64,000 nt of DNA from Patescibacteria group bacterium. Its GTDB lineage: Bacteria; Patescibacteriota; Minisyncoccia; Phycocordibacterales; Phycocordibacteraceae. Within the stretch, counting starts at the first letter, position 1; every line of letters begins with the position of its first letter. Made by a program: the position numbers and the translations under genes. Shown here piece by piece: positions 23,790 to 32,152 of the stretch. The notes below the pieces were generated by a model. That model was not told the origin of the DNA and did not search any database. It worked only from the letters and a program-made list of their open reading frames with translations. The stretch is taken from positions 482,859 through 546,858 of the forward strand of contig JAIETW010000001.1 of the NCBI GenBank assembly GCA_019744845.1. Direction: 5' to 3'.

Positions 23790-26609
23790 ATGTCTGAAAT
23801 AGCTGTCCAAATTGCATCCCGTTATATCCGCAGGAAACAGTCGGATGCAGTCGGTAAGAACCTACTAAAAACCTTAACTGAACCGATAACTAACTCTGAC
23901 GATAGCTATAGAAGAATTGCAGAGTCCGAAAAGGATTTCGCTAGCGCAGTCTTTCCAATAACAATATTTGTAGATAAGCCGGGGCGCCTAATTCGCATTA
24001 TTGATGAAGCTGAAGGGATGACAGAGAAGGAGCTTGAAACAAAGTTTAAAGAGTACGGTGCCGCCAAAAGTGGTGCTTACGAAGGCTTTAGTTCAAGGGG
24101 AATATTTGGGCAAGGTCTTTCGGACGTGCTTTTCTACCATCGTGAAGGAAAAATCAAGACAATCAAAAATGAAGAAGCTACGGTATGTAGCTTTTATTGG
24201 AAAAAAGAAAAGCAATATATTCAAGTTGAAAAGCAAACAAAAGATATAAATAGAATTGCAAGAGAGTGGTCGTTACCGTGTAAGCACGGAACGGTTATTG
24301 AGTTTGTATTAGACAACACAACACTACACGATTACGAAAATCTCGTGAAAAAATTGAGTGTTTTTTATATGTTACGCCTCATCAATAATAGTGACAGGCG
24401 TACCATCAAGCTTGTATATAAAGAGCGGAGCGCTACCAAAAAAGCTCAGATTAAGTATGAGTTTCCCAAGGGAGACCTGGTAGACTCAAGGCAGTTTCCA
24501 TTTAATTTTGAGGGGCACGATCCGGTGACAGTTGACGTGCAGTTATACAAATCTGACGTCTCTCTTAAAACAGTAGGTGAAGAAAGGGAAAATGGCTTAC
24601 TTGTATTTGACAATAAAGAAGCTGTATATGATCAAACGTTTTTTGGGCTAGACGATCTACCAGGTGCGGACAAGTTTTTTGGCACAATGAAACTTACAGG
24701 TGCTCGGGAGATTATTTTGGAAAAAATTAACCATCCGAAACATCCAGAAGAGATTTTGTCGGATACGCGTGATGGTTTCAATAAGCAGCACGAATTCTAT
24801 AAACAGCTTCAACTGATTGTTAAAGACTGGCTCTATCCAATTTTAAATGAAGAAAGAAGGCGAAAAACGAATGACGGGATTTCTGAGTCAACGATTGAAA
24901 AACATCAAAAGGCTTTTGAGGAATTAAACAAACTTTACAAGCAACTTACAGGAGACGAGACAAGTGGAACAATAAAAGCAAAGAAAAAACTGCGCCCAAT
25001 CGGTGGAATCCAGTTTGCAAGAAACCACGTCTCAATAACGGTTGGGAAAAGATACGGACTGCAATTACTGATTGATACTAACGTTGTAAAGATTGGCACT
25101 AAGGTTAAGTTAAAGGCGGCTAAGGGGGTAGTTGGGTTTTCCCCCGGAGAATTTGTTGTAGAGGAAGCACGTCCTGACGAAAACGGAGTTGCTGTCAAAA
25201 CTATAATTTTAACTGGACCTAAGGCACGTACGGCTGATACTCTCCATGCGAATGCAGGCAAGCACTCTGCTTCCGTTGTTGTAGGGGTAATTTCGGAGGA
25301 AGTGGCTTATCCAGAGGACGGGATGGTTTTTAGTCCTGAGTACGTCAGAACTATATCTCACAAAGATAGTGTAGCGACTTTGTATATTGATTTAACCAAA
25401 ATCAAGATAGGAACAAAAATACGCTTTGTAAGCACTAACGACACTATTCAACTAAAAAGAACAACAATTTCTGTTCCACGCAGAATGAGAACAGCAACCG
25501 GAACAAAGTTGGCAAAAATTCAAGTTGAGTTTCAAGGAAATAAAAATGACGAAACAGGAATTATTGAAGCTTCGTTCGGCAAATACTTAACTCAATGCAG
25601 GGTTGATATTAAAGAAAAAAAGAGGATCCCCCCAGGAGGATCTATAGGAAAGTTTAAGGACTGGGATTTTGATGACGGAGTCCCCCCTCATTTGCAAACT
25701 ACCTATGATCCAATGGAAGGGAGTCCCACTCAGGGATATATATTGATAAATACTTCCCACCCGATCAATCGGCACTACTTTGGTGAAAGCCCAACGAAAA
25801 AAGAGGCGCTTAAGTCACATAAGGCGCAACTCTACCTTGCGGAGCTAATACTTAATGAGTCGCTAGGAGGAATGATAAATGAAGCGTATCAAAAAGGAGT
25901 AATCCCTACAAACTACGGCGCTGGCATAGACATTCCTGTCTACGTTGCACAAAAAAAATATGAACTCGGCGAGCTAATTTATGATTTTTTTGTTGAACCG
26001 GAACCAACGGGTCTTGAATCCAGAAGAACTGAAAAACTCCAGGAGGCAAAACAGAAACACGATATGTCTGAAGAAGAACTCCTAGAAAATATGGACGATA
26101 GACCAAGAACAATGGTTGAGATGTACTTTGGTTTAGGTGAACAGAGAAAGCACACCCTTGAAGAAATTGCTTCAAGATTTGGGGTAACAAGGGAAAGAAT
26201 TAGACAGATCATCAATAAAGCATTGGCTCCGAGTTTTGGGGAGAAGTCCGATCCGTACGTGACTTCAGAGGATGAGGGAGTAGATACAAGAGATTATCTT
26301 GCTGAGGAAGAAAAACGCCTAATGCTTGAGGCGGAAAAAATAGTGGAAGTTAGCGCAAGGATGTACGGCGTGAAAGCATCTGACTTGTACAGTAAGACAA
26401 GAGAGGCAAATATTGTTGTACCGCGGCACATAGCTATGTATTTATTACGAACAAAAATGGGCCTTTCCTTTCCATCTATTGGGAAACAGTTTGATCGTGA
26501 CCACACTACAATTATGCATGCGTGTAACAAGATCTCTCTAATGATTCAAAAAAACCAAAAGATAAACAGAAGAGTGGATAAGATACTCAGTCTTGCTGAA
26601 GTTAAATAA
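23790..26609 (+). CDS. Islet gene 3: 939-aa chimeric protein with GHKL (Hsp90/MORC-like) ATPase N-domain, sigma-70 region-4 HTH and C-terminal DnaA domain IV
   Basis: Bergerat-fold motifs EPITNSDDS (N box), IIDEAEGMTEKEL (G1), AAKSG and GIFGQGLSDVLF (G2), cf. Hsp90 DTGIGMTK..IAKSG..GQFGVGFYS. Residues ~765-815 MVEMYFGLGEQRKHTLEEIASRFGVTRERIRQIINKAL are a textbook sigma-70 region 4.1/4.2. Residues ~842-939 (YGVKASDLYSKTREANIVVPRHIAMYLLRTKMGLSFPSIGKQFDRDHTTIMHACNKI) align at ~45% identity to domain IV of this genome's own DnaA (YGIDEESIYEKTRRREVVRPRQVIMYLLREDFSVSYPTIGSKLGGRDHTTVIHSCEKV). Confidence 0.7.
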   Translation: MSEIAVQIASRYIRRKQSDAVGKNLLKTLTEPITNSDDSYRRIAESEKDFASAVFPITIFVDKPGRLIRIIDEAEGMTEKELETKFKEYGAAKSGAYEGFSSRGIFGQGLSDVLFYHREGKIKTIKNEEATVCSFYWKKEKQYIQVEKQTKDINRIAREWSLPCKHGTVIEFVLDNTTLHDYENLVKKLSVFYMLRLINNSDRRTIKLVYKERSATKKAQIKYEFPKGDLVDSRQFPFNFEGHDPVTVDVQLYKSDVSLKTVGEERENGLLVFDNKEAVYDQTFFGLDDLPGADKFFGTMKLTGAREIILEKINHPKHPEEILSDTRDGFNKQHEFYKQLQLIVKDWLYPILNEERRRKTNDGISESTIEKHQKAFEELNKLYKQLTGDETSGTIKAKKKLRPIGGIQFARNHVSITVGKRYGLQLLIDTNVVKIGTKVKLKAAKGVVGFSPGEFVVEEARPDENGVAVKTIILTGPKARTADTLHANAGKHSASVVVGVISEEVAYPEDGMVFSPEYVRTISHKDSVATLYIDLTKIKIGTKIRFVSTNDTIQLKRTTISVPRRMRTATGTKLAKIQVEFQGNKNDETGIIEASFGKYLTQCRVDIKEKKRIPPGGSIGKFKDWDFDDGVPPHLQTTYDPMEGSPTQGYILINTSHPINRHYFGESPTKKEALKSHKAQLYLAELILNESLGGMINEAYQKGVIPTNYGAGIDIPVYVAQKKYELGELIYDFFVEPEPTGLESRRTEKLQEAKQKHDMSEEELLENMDDRPRTMVEMYFGLGEQRKHTLEEIASRFGVTRERIRQIINKALAPSFGEKSDPYVTSEDEGVDTRDYLAEEEKRLMLEAEKIVEVSARMYGVKASDLYSKTREANIVVPRHIAMYLLRTKMGLSFPSIGKQFDRDHTTIMHACNKISLMIQKNQKINRRVDKILSLAEVK

Positions 26610-26712
26610 ACTACCCCAACTGTTCGGCAGATAGAGTGAACTAATATCACGCTTTGCCCGGTTGCCTGTGTGGCCATTGAACTGTTCTATTGCCTCCCCA
26701 GGAGGTCTCTGG

Positions 26713-26784
26713 TGCTCTCGGTAGGAATCGAACCTACATTACCAGCTCCGCAAGCTAGCGTCCTATCCATTGAACGACGAGAGC
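26713..26784 (-). tRNA. tRNA-Arg (anticodon GCG)
   Basis: Reverse complement GCTCTCGTCGTTCAATGGATAGGACGCTAGCTTGCGGAGCTGGTAATGTAGGTTCGATTCCTACCGAGAGCA. Its 5' half is identical to the tRNA-Arg(CCG) at 22642-22713. Anticodon loop TTGCGGA. Confidence 0.8.
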
Positions 26785-26825
26785 GTCGCCTGTGACTCTA
26801 ACGTTCTTCCTCCGCATTCGCAAGC

Positions 26826-27308
26826 CTACAGCCGCAAATACTCAAAGAAACGATCAAGGAAGGAGTGCTCGTGATTACCCTCAGGTACGTGCTGAGCGAT
26901 GTAGTCATAGATCTCAAGGGGGTCGTGTCCAATGACAGGAATGAGAATGTGAGGCGCAAGAATATGTCGGGTCCTGATAGAGAGGGCAGGAGGGAGCTTT
27001 GGATCTAGATACTCAAGGGCAGAGAAGTGCATCATGTCCTCGTAGTAGTAGAGGTTTTCATCAATCGCGAGTCCATCTTCCATCACGCGGAAGCGGTGCG
27101 TGTGAGGCGGCTTTGCAGCCTGAAGTGCAAGCGCACCTGCACCTGCCGCAATCACGAGAGCCAAAAGAATATTGTTGAAGAGAATGGCGGCAATCACTGC
27201 AGCGGTTGCAAGAATACCGAGCGCCCAAAACCAATCCGCGCCTTTATCGCCGAAGTCGTGTTGTGAGCCTTCCCATTCAAAGATGGTCTGTGCCATAGCT
27301 ATCGCCAT
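26826..27308 (-). CDS. Hypothetical membrane protein
   Basis: 160 aa with two central hydrophobic helices (WFWALGILATAAVIAAILFNNILLALVIAAGAGALAL). Confidence 0.45.
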   Translation of the reverse strand: MAIAMAQTIFEWEGSQHDFGDKGADWFWALGILATAAVIAAILFNNILLALVIAAGAGALALQAAKPPHTHRFRVMEDGLAIDENLYYYEDMMHFSALEYLDPKLPPALSIRTRHILAPHILIPVIGHDPLEIYDYIAQHVPEGNHEHSFLDRFFEYLRL

Positions 27309-27347
27309 AATACCACCCGTATACCAGGGGTAGAGGAAGACTGAGGA

Positions 27348-28880
27348 CTACTCGTACTCAATTGTGGCTGGTGGTTTCTGTGTGACGTCGTAGAGGATAC
27401 GATTTACGCCACGCACCTTTCCAACAATGGCGCTTGAGATCTTTTCAAGGAGTTCTGGTGGCATTTTGTGCCAGTCAGCGCTCATGCCATCCACTGAATC
27501 TACGGCGCGAAGGGCGAGTACGTACTCATACGTGCGCGCATCTCCCATCACTCCCACTACTTTAAGAGGGAAGAGTGCAGCAAAGGCCTGCCAGATCTTC
27601 TCGTACTCACCGGACTTCTTAAGTTCCTCTATGTACACCGCATCTGCGTCACGAAGGATTTCAAGACGCTCAGGAGTGACTTCACCCACAATGCGGATGG
27701 CGAGGCCTGGGCCTGGGAATGGGTGGCGCCATAGAAGTTCCTTTGGAAGATCCAAGGTTGCGCCCACGCGTCGCACCTCATCTTTGTAGAGATCTTTAAT
27801 AGGCTCAAGCACCTTAAGACCAAAACGCTCAGGAAGCGTAAGGTTGTGATGACTCTTTATCTTTGATGCCTGCTTGCCGGTTGCTGCAGATTCAATGCGG
27901 TCGGGGTAGATAGTGCCCTGTGCAAGATACTTAATAGGGAAGTCCGCGAGCTCTTCCTCAATCGCTTTCTCAAATACTTCAATAAACGTGTGCCCGATGA
28001 TCTTTCGTTTCTGTTCAGGGTCAGTAATACCAGAAAGTTTTGAAAGGAAGATGCGAGACGCATCAATCACATGCAGCCCCTTGAAACCGTGCTTCTTTAA
28101 ATAAGTAGACACTTGCTCCACCTCTCCCTTACGAAGAAGGCCCGTGTCTACAAACACGGCGTGCAATTGGTTTCCAATGGCGCGGTGTATGAGTGTTGCG
28201 GCGACGAGAGAGTCTACGCCACCGGAAATACCGACAAGCACATGTGCATCGCCGACCTCTTCTTTGATGTCCGCGATAATCTTTTCTCCGACTGCTTTGA
28301 TCTTCCAATCTTTCTTTGCGTTCACAATTTCAAAAAGGAAGTTCTTCAATACTTCCGTTCCGTGTGCGGTGTGCGTCACTTCGGGATGGAACTGGATACC
28401 GTAGAACTTTCGCTTTGCATCCATAAAGCCCGCGTACTTACAGGAAGGGGTGGAGGCAGTAACGGTAAATCCTTTCGGAAGCTTGGTTGCCTGGTCGCCA
28501 TGTGAGAACCACACAACTTCTTTTGCAGAGAGTCCCTTGAGCACTCCCTTCTTTGCGACCACTTTAATGGTTTCTTTTCCAAACTCGCGCTCCTTTCCTG
28601 GGGTGACTTTGCCACCAAGGAGATGCGCCATCGCCTGGTGTCCGTAACAGATACCAAGCACGGGAACCCCAAGCGTGAACACTCCCTTGTCAGGAAGTGG
28701 TGCTCCGTCATCAAGCACGGACATTGGTCCCCCAGAAAGAATAATTCCGGCAGGAGACAGGGCTTTAATTTCCTCTAGTGAGGCGGTTCCAGGAAGAATT
28801 TCTGCGCGGACTCCAAGGTCACGGACGCGGCGAGCAATAAGGTGGGCGAACTGGCTCCCAAAGTTCAGTACGACAATCAT
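27348..28880 (-). CDS. guaA: GMP synthase (glutamine-hydrolysing)
   Basis: N-terminal class-I glutamine amidotransferase (catalytic C in GICYGHQ). ATP pyrophosphatase PP-loop SGGVDSLV. C-terminal dimerisation domain ending ...PPATIEYE. Confidence 0.95.
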   Translation of the reverse strand: MIVVLNFGSQFAHLIARRVRDLGVRAEILPGTASLEEIKALSPAGIILSGGPMSVLDDGAPLPDKGVFTLGVPVLGICYGHQAMAHLLGGKVTPGKEREFGKETIKVVAKKGVLKGLSAKEVVWFSHGDQATKLPKGFTVTASTPSCKYAGFMDAKRKFYGIQFHPEVTHTAHGTEVLKNFLFEIVNAKKDWKIKAVGEKIIADIKEEVGDAHVLVGISGGVDSLVAATLIHRAIGNQLHAVFVDTGLLRKGEVEQVSTYLKKHGFKGLHVIDASRIFLSKLSGITDPEQKRKIIGHTFIEVFEKAIEEELADFPIKYLAQGTIYPDRIESAATGKQASKIKSHHNLTLPERFGLKVLEPIKDLYKDEVRRVGATLDLPKELLWRHPFPGPGLAIRIVGEVTPERLEILRDADAVYIEELKKSGEYEKIWQAFAALFPLKVVGVMGDARTYEYVLALRAVDSVDGMSADWHKMPPELLEKISSAIVGKVRGVNRILYDVTQKPPATIEYE

Positions 28881-28905
28881 GACCTATCCTATCATGCAGA
28901 TTCTC

Positions 28906-29883
28906 TCAATTAAAATCCGCGAGAAACCGCTCCACGGCCGGCGCAATGCGTTCCTTACAGGCGATGAATAGAGAGGAGCGAGGATCATTTGAGGTGCCGT
29001 ATGCCCACATAAGAAGTACAAACATCTCGCACACGCGTATCCTCATTCGGAAATCGTCCTGCGCTTCTTTAGACGTGATTCCCTGTTCGGAAAAATAGGT
29101 AGTGAGTGAGTACGGACTGCAGTATGTAAAGTCCCATGCGGGATCTGCAAGAAGCGCCCACTCCCAGTCTATGAGTCCAGAAAGCTTTCCATCGCTCATC
29201 AATACGTTAGAAGGATTTATATAGTCCGTGCACACAAGTGACGAGGGTCCTGTATAGGTGATGAGAGGGAAGAGACGATCAAAGAGCTGTGCAAAAAGTG
29301 GACGCATATCGTCCTCAGGATTGGTGACCAGTGACTTTTGTGCGATTGCGTCTGCCCACAGTGGTGCTTCAGTCATGAGAAACTCTTTCCACGACTGGTA
29401 ACGAGCGTGGATGCGGCCGTCCGCAAATGACTCTATGACACCAAAGCCTTCGGTAGGCACCTGCGCATGTATGGCTGCAAGTGCTGCTTCTACTTGAGGC
29501 CCAACAGTCTCCACCGGCTCCTTCCACTCCATGTACGTTGTGTTTCCTCGGAGTTCTATAGAGCCTGCGGCGTGTCCAGGAAGTTTGTGCTGAATAGTGA
29601 CTGCGTGATCTGAGAGGTCTACGCAGGACAACACTTCAGCAAGTGGGAGGTGAGGAAATGCTCGTGTTGCATCAGACACAATCTTCAACTTGTCGGGCAT
29701 TCCAAACGCGCGCTGCTCTGGCGTGATCTTTTTTATATGCACGACCAGTTCACCAACACTGGTGGTGAGTATGTACACTTCGCTCATGATGCCCTGCGTT
29801 CCGTAGAGGTGAAGAGAAGCAGGGTCGTATGTGATACCGAGGCAGTCTAATTCAGAAAGAGCCGTCTGAATATGAGCATTCAT
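28906..29883 (-). CDS. Aminoglycoside/choline-kinase-like phosphotransferase family protein
   Basis: APH-fold signature LIDWEWALLADPAWDF (Brenner/DFG-like region) and the overall protein-kinase-like pattern. Confidence 0.6.
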   Translation of the reverse strand: MNAHIQTALSELDCLGITYDPASLHLYGTQGIMSEVYILTTSVGELVVHIKKITPEQRAFGMPDKLKIVSDATRAFPHLPLAEVLSCVDLSDHAVTIQHKLPGHAAGSIELRGNTTYMEWKEPVETVGPQVEAALAAIHAQVPTEGFGVIESFADGRIHARYQSWKEFLMTEAPLWADAIAQKSLVTNPEDDMRPLFAQLFDRLFPLITYTGPSSLVCTDYINPSNVLMSDGKLSGLIDWEWALLADPAWDFTYCSPYSLTTYFSEQGITSKEAQDDFRMRIRVCEMFVLLMWAYGTSNDPRSSLFIACKERIAPAVERFLADFN

Positions 29884-29914
29884 ACGGGTAAGTATTTCAC
29901 AGTTGAACGTTTAG

Positions 29915-29999
29915 CGGAGGAGGTGAGATTCGAACTCACGGTCCCTTGCGAGACTCTTGTTTTCAAGACAAGTGCGATAGACCACTCTGCCACTCCTCC
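29915..29999 (-). tRNA. tRNA-Ser (anticodon TGA)
   Basis: Reverse complement GGAGGAGTGGCAGAGTGGTCTATCGCACTTGTCTTGAAAACAAGAGTCTCGCAAGGGACCGTGAGTTCGAATCTCACCTCCTCCG. Long variable arm. Anticodon loop CTTGAAA. Confidence 0.85.
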
Positions 30000-30006
30000 T
30001 GGGCTA

Positions 30007-30321
30007 CTACGACCCCTGTTGAGGGGCCCCAGTGTCCTTACTTGTACCAAAGGTAAAGAGAGAAGGGAAGGTGCGCGCCTCTTTGTCCTTACGGAACCAG
30101 AGAAGGTACACGATCTCTAGAATACCCACGGTGTTTACAAGAAGAAGGACGATAAACCAGATCTTCTGACCGTTTTTAGCGGCGTGCCAGAGTGCAAGAC
30201 CCTTCCAGACGAGAGTCCACAATACAGCGACGATCATAAGACCGGCAAACATCCCGAGCCCCGCACCCATCATTCCCACATTTCCCATAAATGGACTATA
30301 CATATATATACAGGATAGCAT
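30007..30321 (-). CDS. Small hypothetical membrane protein
   Basis: Gly/Met-rich N-terminus and two TM helices. ~100 aa. Start uncertain. Confidence 0.4.
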   Translation of the reverse strand: MLSCIYMYSPFMGNVGMMGAGLGMFAGLMIVAVLWTLVWKGLALWHAAKNGQKIWFIVLLLVNTVGILEIVYLLWFRKDKEARTFPSLFTFGTSKDTGAPQQGS

Positions 30322-30327
30322 GTACCA

Positions 30328-30717
30328 ATGAAGTATCTAGGAATTGATTACGGCACTAAGAAAGTAGGACTCGCCCTCTCGGACGAGAACGGGACCATGG
30401 GCTTCCCGCATGGCGTGGTACCAAACGATGCGAATCTTAAGGCGTACCTCCTTAGTCTTATAGAGAAGGAGGGAGTGGGTGCCATTGTCGTCGGGGAATC
30501 TAAGAACTATCAAGGAGGAGACAATCCGGTCGCCGCACATGCACGCGCTTTTGCAGAAAAGCTTGGGGAAGTTGCGAGTGTTCCAATCCACTTCTACTCA
30601 GAACTTCTTACGAGCGAGGAAGCTCGCCGCATGCCGGATGGAAGTCGCGTATCTGAGGGAGGTGTTGACGCATCGGCTGCTGCCCTTATTCTTACTCATT
30701 ATTTTGAACGACCATGA
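30328..30717 (+). CDS. ruvX: YqgF/RuvX Holliday-junction-resolvase-like putative pre-16S rRNA nuclease
   Basis: MKYLGIDYGTKKVGLALSD N-terminus with the catalytic Asp in a GxDxG context. 129 aa RNase-H-like fold. Confidence 0.85.
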   Translation: MKYLGIDYGTKKVGLALSDENGTMGFPHGVVPNDANLKAYLLSLIEKEGVGAIVVGESKNYQGGDNPVAAHARAFAEKLGEVASVPIHFYSELLTSEEARRMPDGSRVSEGGVDASAAALILTHYFERP

Positions 30718-31043
30718 TTACGATAGATGATCTTGCAAAGATAGAGATACGAGTAGGCACGGTAGTGTCTGCAGAGCGTGTGCCCGAGACCGACAAGCTC
30801 ATTCGCCTCATGGTGGAGTTCGGGGAAGACACAGGACCACGCCAGATTGTGTCTGGCATCGCTGCATACATAGAGAGTCCTGAGTGGCTCGTCGGGAAGC
30901 AACTTTCTTTTGTGACGAACCTAGAACCACGTACGATTAAGGGGCTTGAGAGTAACGGCATGCTCTTTGCCATTGGTGGAGGAGATTCATTTGCGTTTCT
31001 TACTCCCCACCGTGACGTGCCACCAGGAACGAGTGCGCACTAA
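30714..31043 (+). CDS. tRNA-binding domain protein (EMAP/Trbp111/CsaA-like OB fold)
   Basis: IRVGTVVSAERVPETDKLIRLMVEFGED...QIVSGI...VGKQLSFVTNLEPRTIKGLESNGMLFA matches the MetRS C-terminal / Trbp111 tRNA-binding domain pattern. The metG in this window lacks that domain. Confidence 0.75.
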   Translation: MITIDDLAKIEIRVGTVVSAERVPETDKLIRLMVEFGEDTGPRQIVSGIAAYIESPEWLVGKQLSFVTNLEPRTIKGLESNGMLFAIGGGDSFAFLTPHRDVPPGTSAH

Positions 31044-31064
31044 AGCCTTGGTATACTCCAAGAG

Positions 31065-32150
31065 ATGAAAGGAACGTTCGCACGGTTCGCACGAGTGGAG
31101 TTTGCTCCTCCACCGTATTTGTCGCTTCCGACTGCGGGCGTAGATATCTCCACGAGCGGTATCAAGATTGCATTTTTGAAAGAACACGGGCATGGTCTTG
31201 AACTTGCGTCCTACGGTGAAGCACCACTCGCACTCGGCGCTATTGATGGAGGAGAGATTGCTGATCGCGCCGCAGTGGTAGAAGGACTCAAGATGCTTGC
31301 GAAGAAGCACGGCATCCGCTTTGCGAACATTGCACTTCCTGAATCTCGTGGGTATCTCTTTGAGGCGGGAGTAGAAGGAACGACTCCAAACGACTGGCGC
31401 ACCTCTATAGAACAGCGCATTGATGAATATGTCCCACTCCCTCCTGCAGAAGTGATGTTTGACCTCGTGCCTATAAACGAAAAGAAGGAAGACAAGATAC
31501 AGGTTGCCGGAATCGGATACGCACGTCGTGTCGTAGAAGAGTCGGTATCTGCACTAGAAGAGGCGGGGATTACCGTACGCGCAGTAGAGAGTGAGAACTT
31601 TGCACTTCCTCGCGCACTTCTTCCTCACGGAGATACGGAGACCGTGCTCGTGATTGATCTTGGGAAAACCACCACGAAGCTTCTCGTGGTGACTGAGCGT
31701 GTACCTCGTCTTGCGACGACGCTTGATATTGGTGGACACGCACTCACCCTTGCAGTCGTCAAGCACTTCGGGGTGTCAGAAGAAGAAGCACGTCGCATTA
31801 AGGCAGAGAAGGGAATTGTCTCTGGCACCGAGAATGATGAGTACATTGCTGCCATGCTCTCCACTGTGTCGGTGATCCGCGAAGAGATCGGACGCCGTCT
31901 TGAATACTGGCAAAGCCATGCTGCAGAAGACGGGCATCAGCCAGTGACGCGCGCAGTCTTGGTAGGAGGGAACGCAACAATACGCGGACTCCCTGAGTAT
32001 CTTGAATCAGGACTCAAGATACCGGTGGCGCTTGGAGATGTGTTTGTAAACCTCGCATCTCGCGACGATTGGTTGCCACCCGTTGATTACATGCAGTCAC
32101 TTGCGTACGGCACCGCGATAGGTCTTGCACTTCGTGAATACGTCCCATAG
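31065..32150 (+). CDS. pilM: Type IV pilus assembly protein PilM
   Basis: Actin-like ATPase-fold protein of 361 aa. Followed by PilN- and PilO-like genes. GIDISTSGIKIAFL N-terminal pattern. Confidence 0.75.
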   Translation: MKGTFARFARVEFAPPPYLSLPTAGVDISTSGIKIAFLKEHGHGLELASYGEAPLALGAIDGGEIADRAAVVEGLKMLAKKHGIRFANIALPESRGYLFEAGVEGTTPNDWRTSIEQRIDEYVPLPPAEVMFDLVPINEKKEDKIQVAGIGYARRVVEESVSALEEAGITVRAVESENFALPRALLPHGDTETVLVIDLGKTTTKLLVVTERVPRLATTLDIGGHALTLAVVKHFGVSEEEARRIKAEKGIVSGTENDEYIAAMLSTVSVIREEIGRRLEYWQSHAAEDGHQPVTRAVLVGGNATIRGLPEYLESGLKIPVALGDVFVNLASRDDWLPPVDYMQSLAYGTAIGLALREYVP

Positions 32151-32152
32151 CT

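Larger units (their letters stand above)
22714..26712. mobile_element. AT-rich ~4 kb genomic islet inserted between two tRNA-Arg genes (no integrase seen)
   Basis: Sharp drop in GC versus both flanks (sampled 60-mers 28-47% GC inside, ~55% outside). Flanked by tRNA-Arg(CCG) and tRNA-Arg(GCG), which share 27-nt perfect and 29-nt near-perfect direct repeats. Carries a 3-gene plus-strand operon. Confidence 0.5.

Noticed and set aside
23790-24200. Islet gene 3 N-domain interpreted as a sensor histidine kinase
   Set aside because: GHKL motifs are present, but there is no HisKA/dimerisation-phosphoacceptor His box, no TM or sensor domain, and no cognate response regulator nearby. The G1/G2 spacing with the AAKSG segment fits Hsp90/MutL/MORC-type ATPases better.
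22714-26712. Integrase, recombinase or transposase within the islet
   Set aside because: I looked on both strands; none of the three ORFs or the short antisense ORFs show tyrosine/serine recombinase or DDE motifs. The segment is therefore called an islet and not a confirmed mobile element.
27427-28714. Multiple 60-130-aa ORFs on the plus strand inside guaA
   Set aside because: They are antisense to a complete, motif-rich GMP synthase gene and have no independent support.
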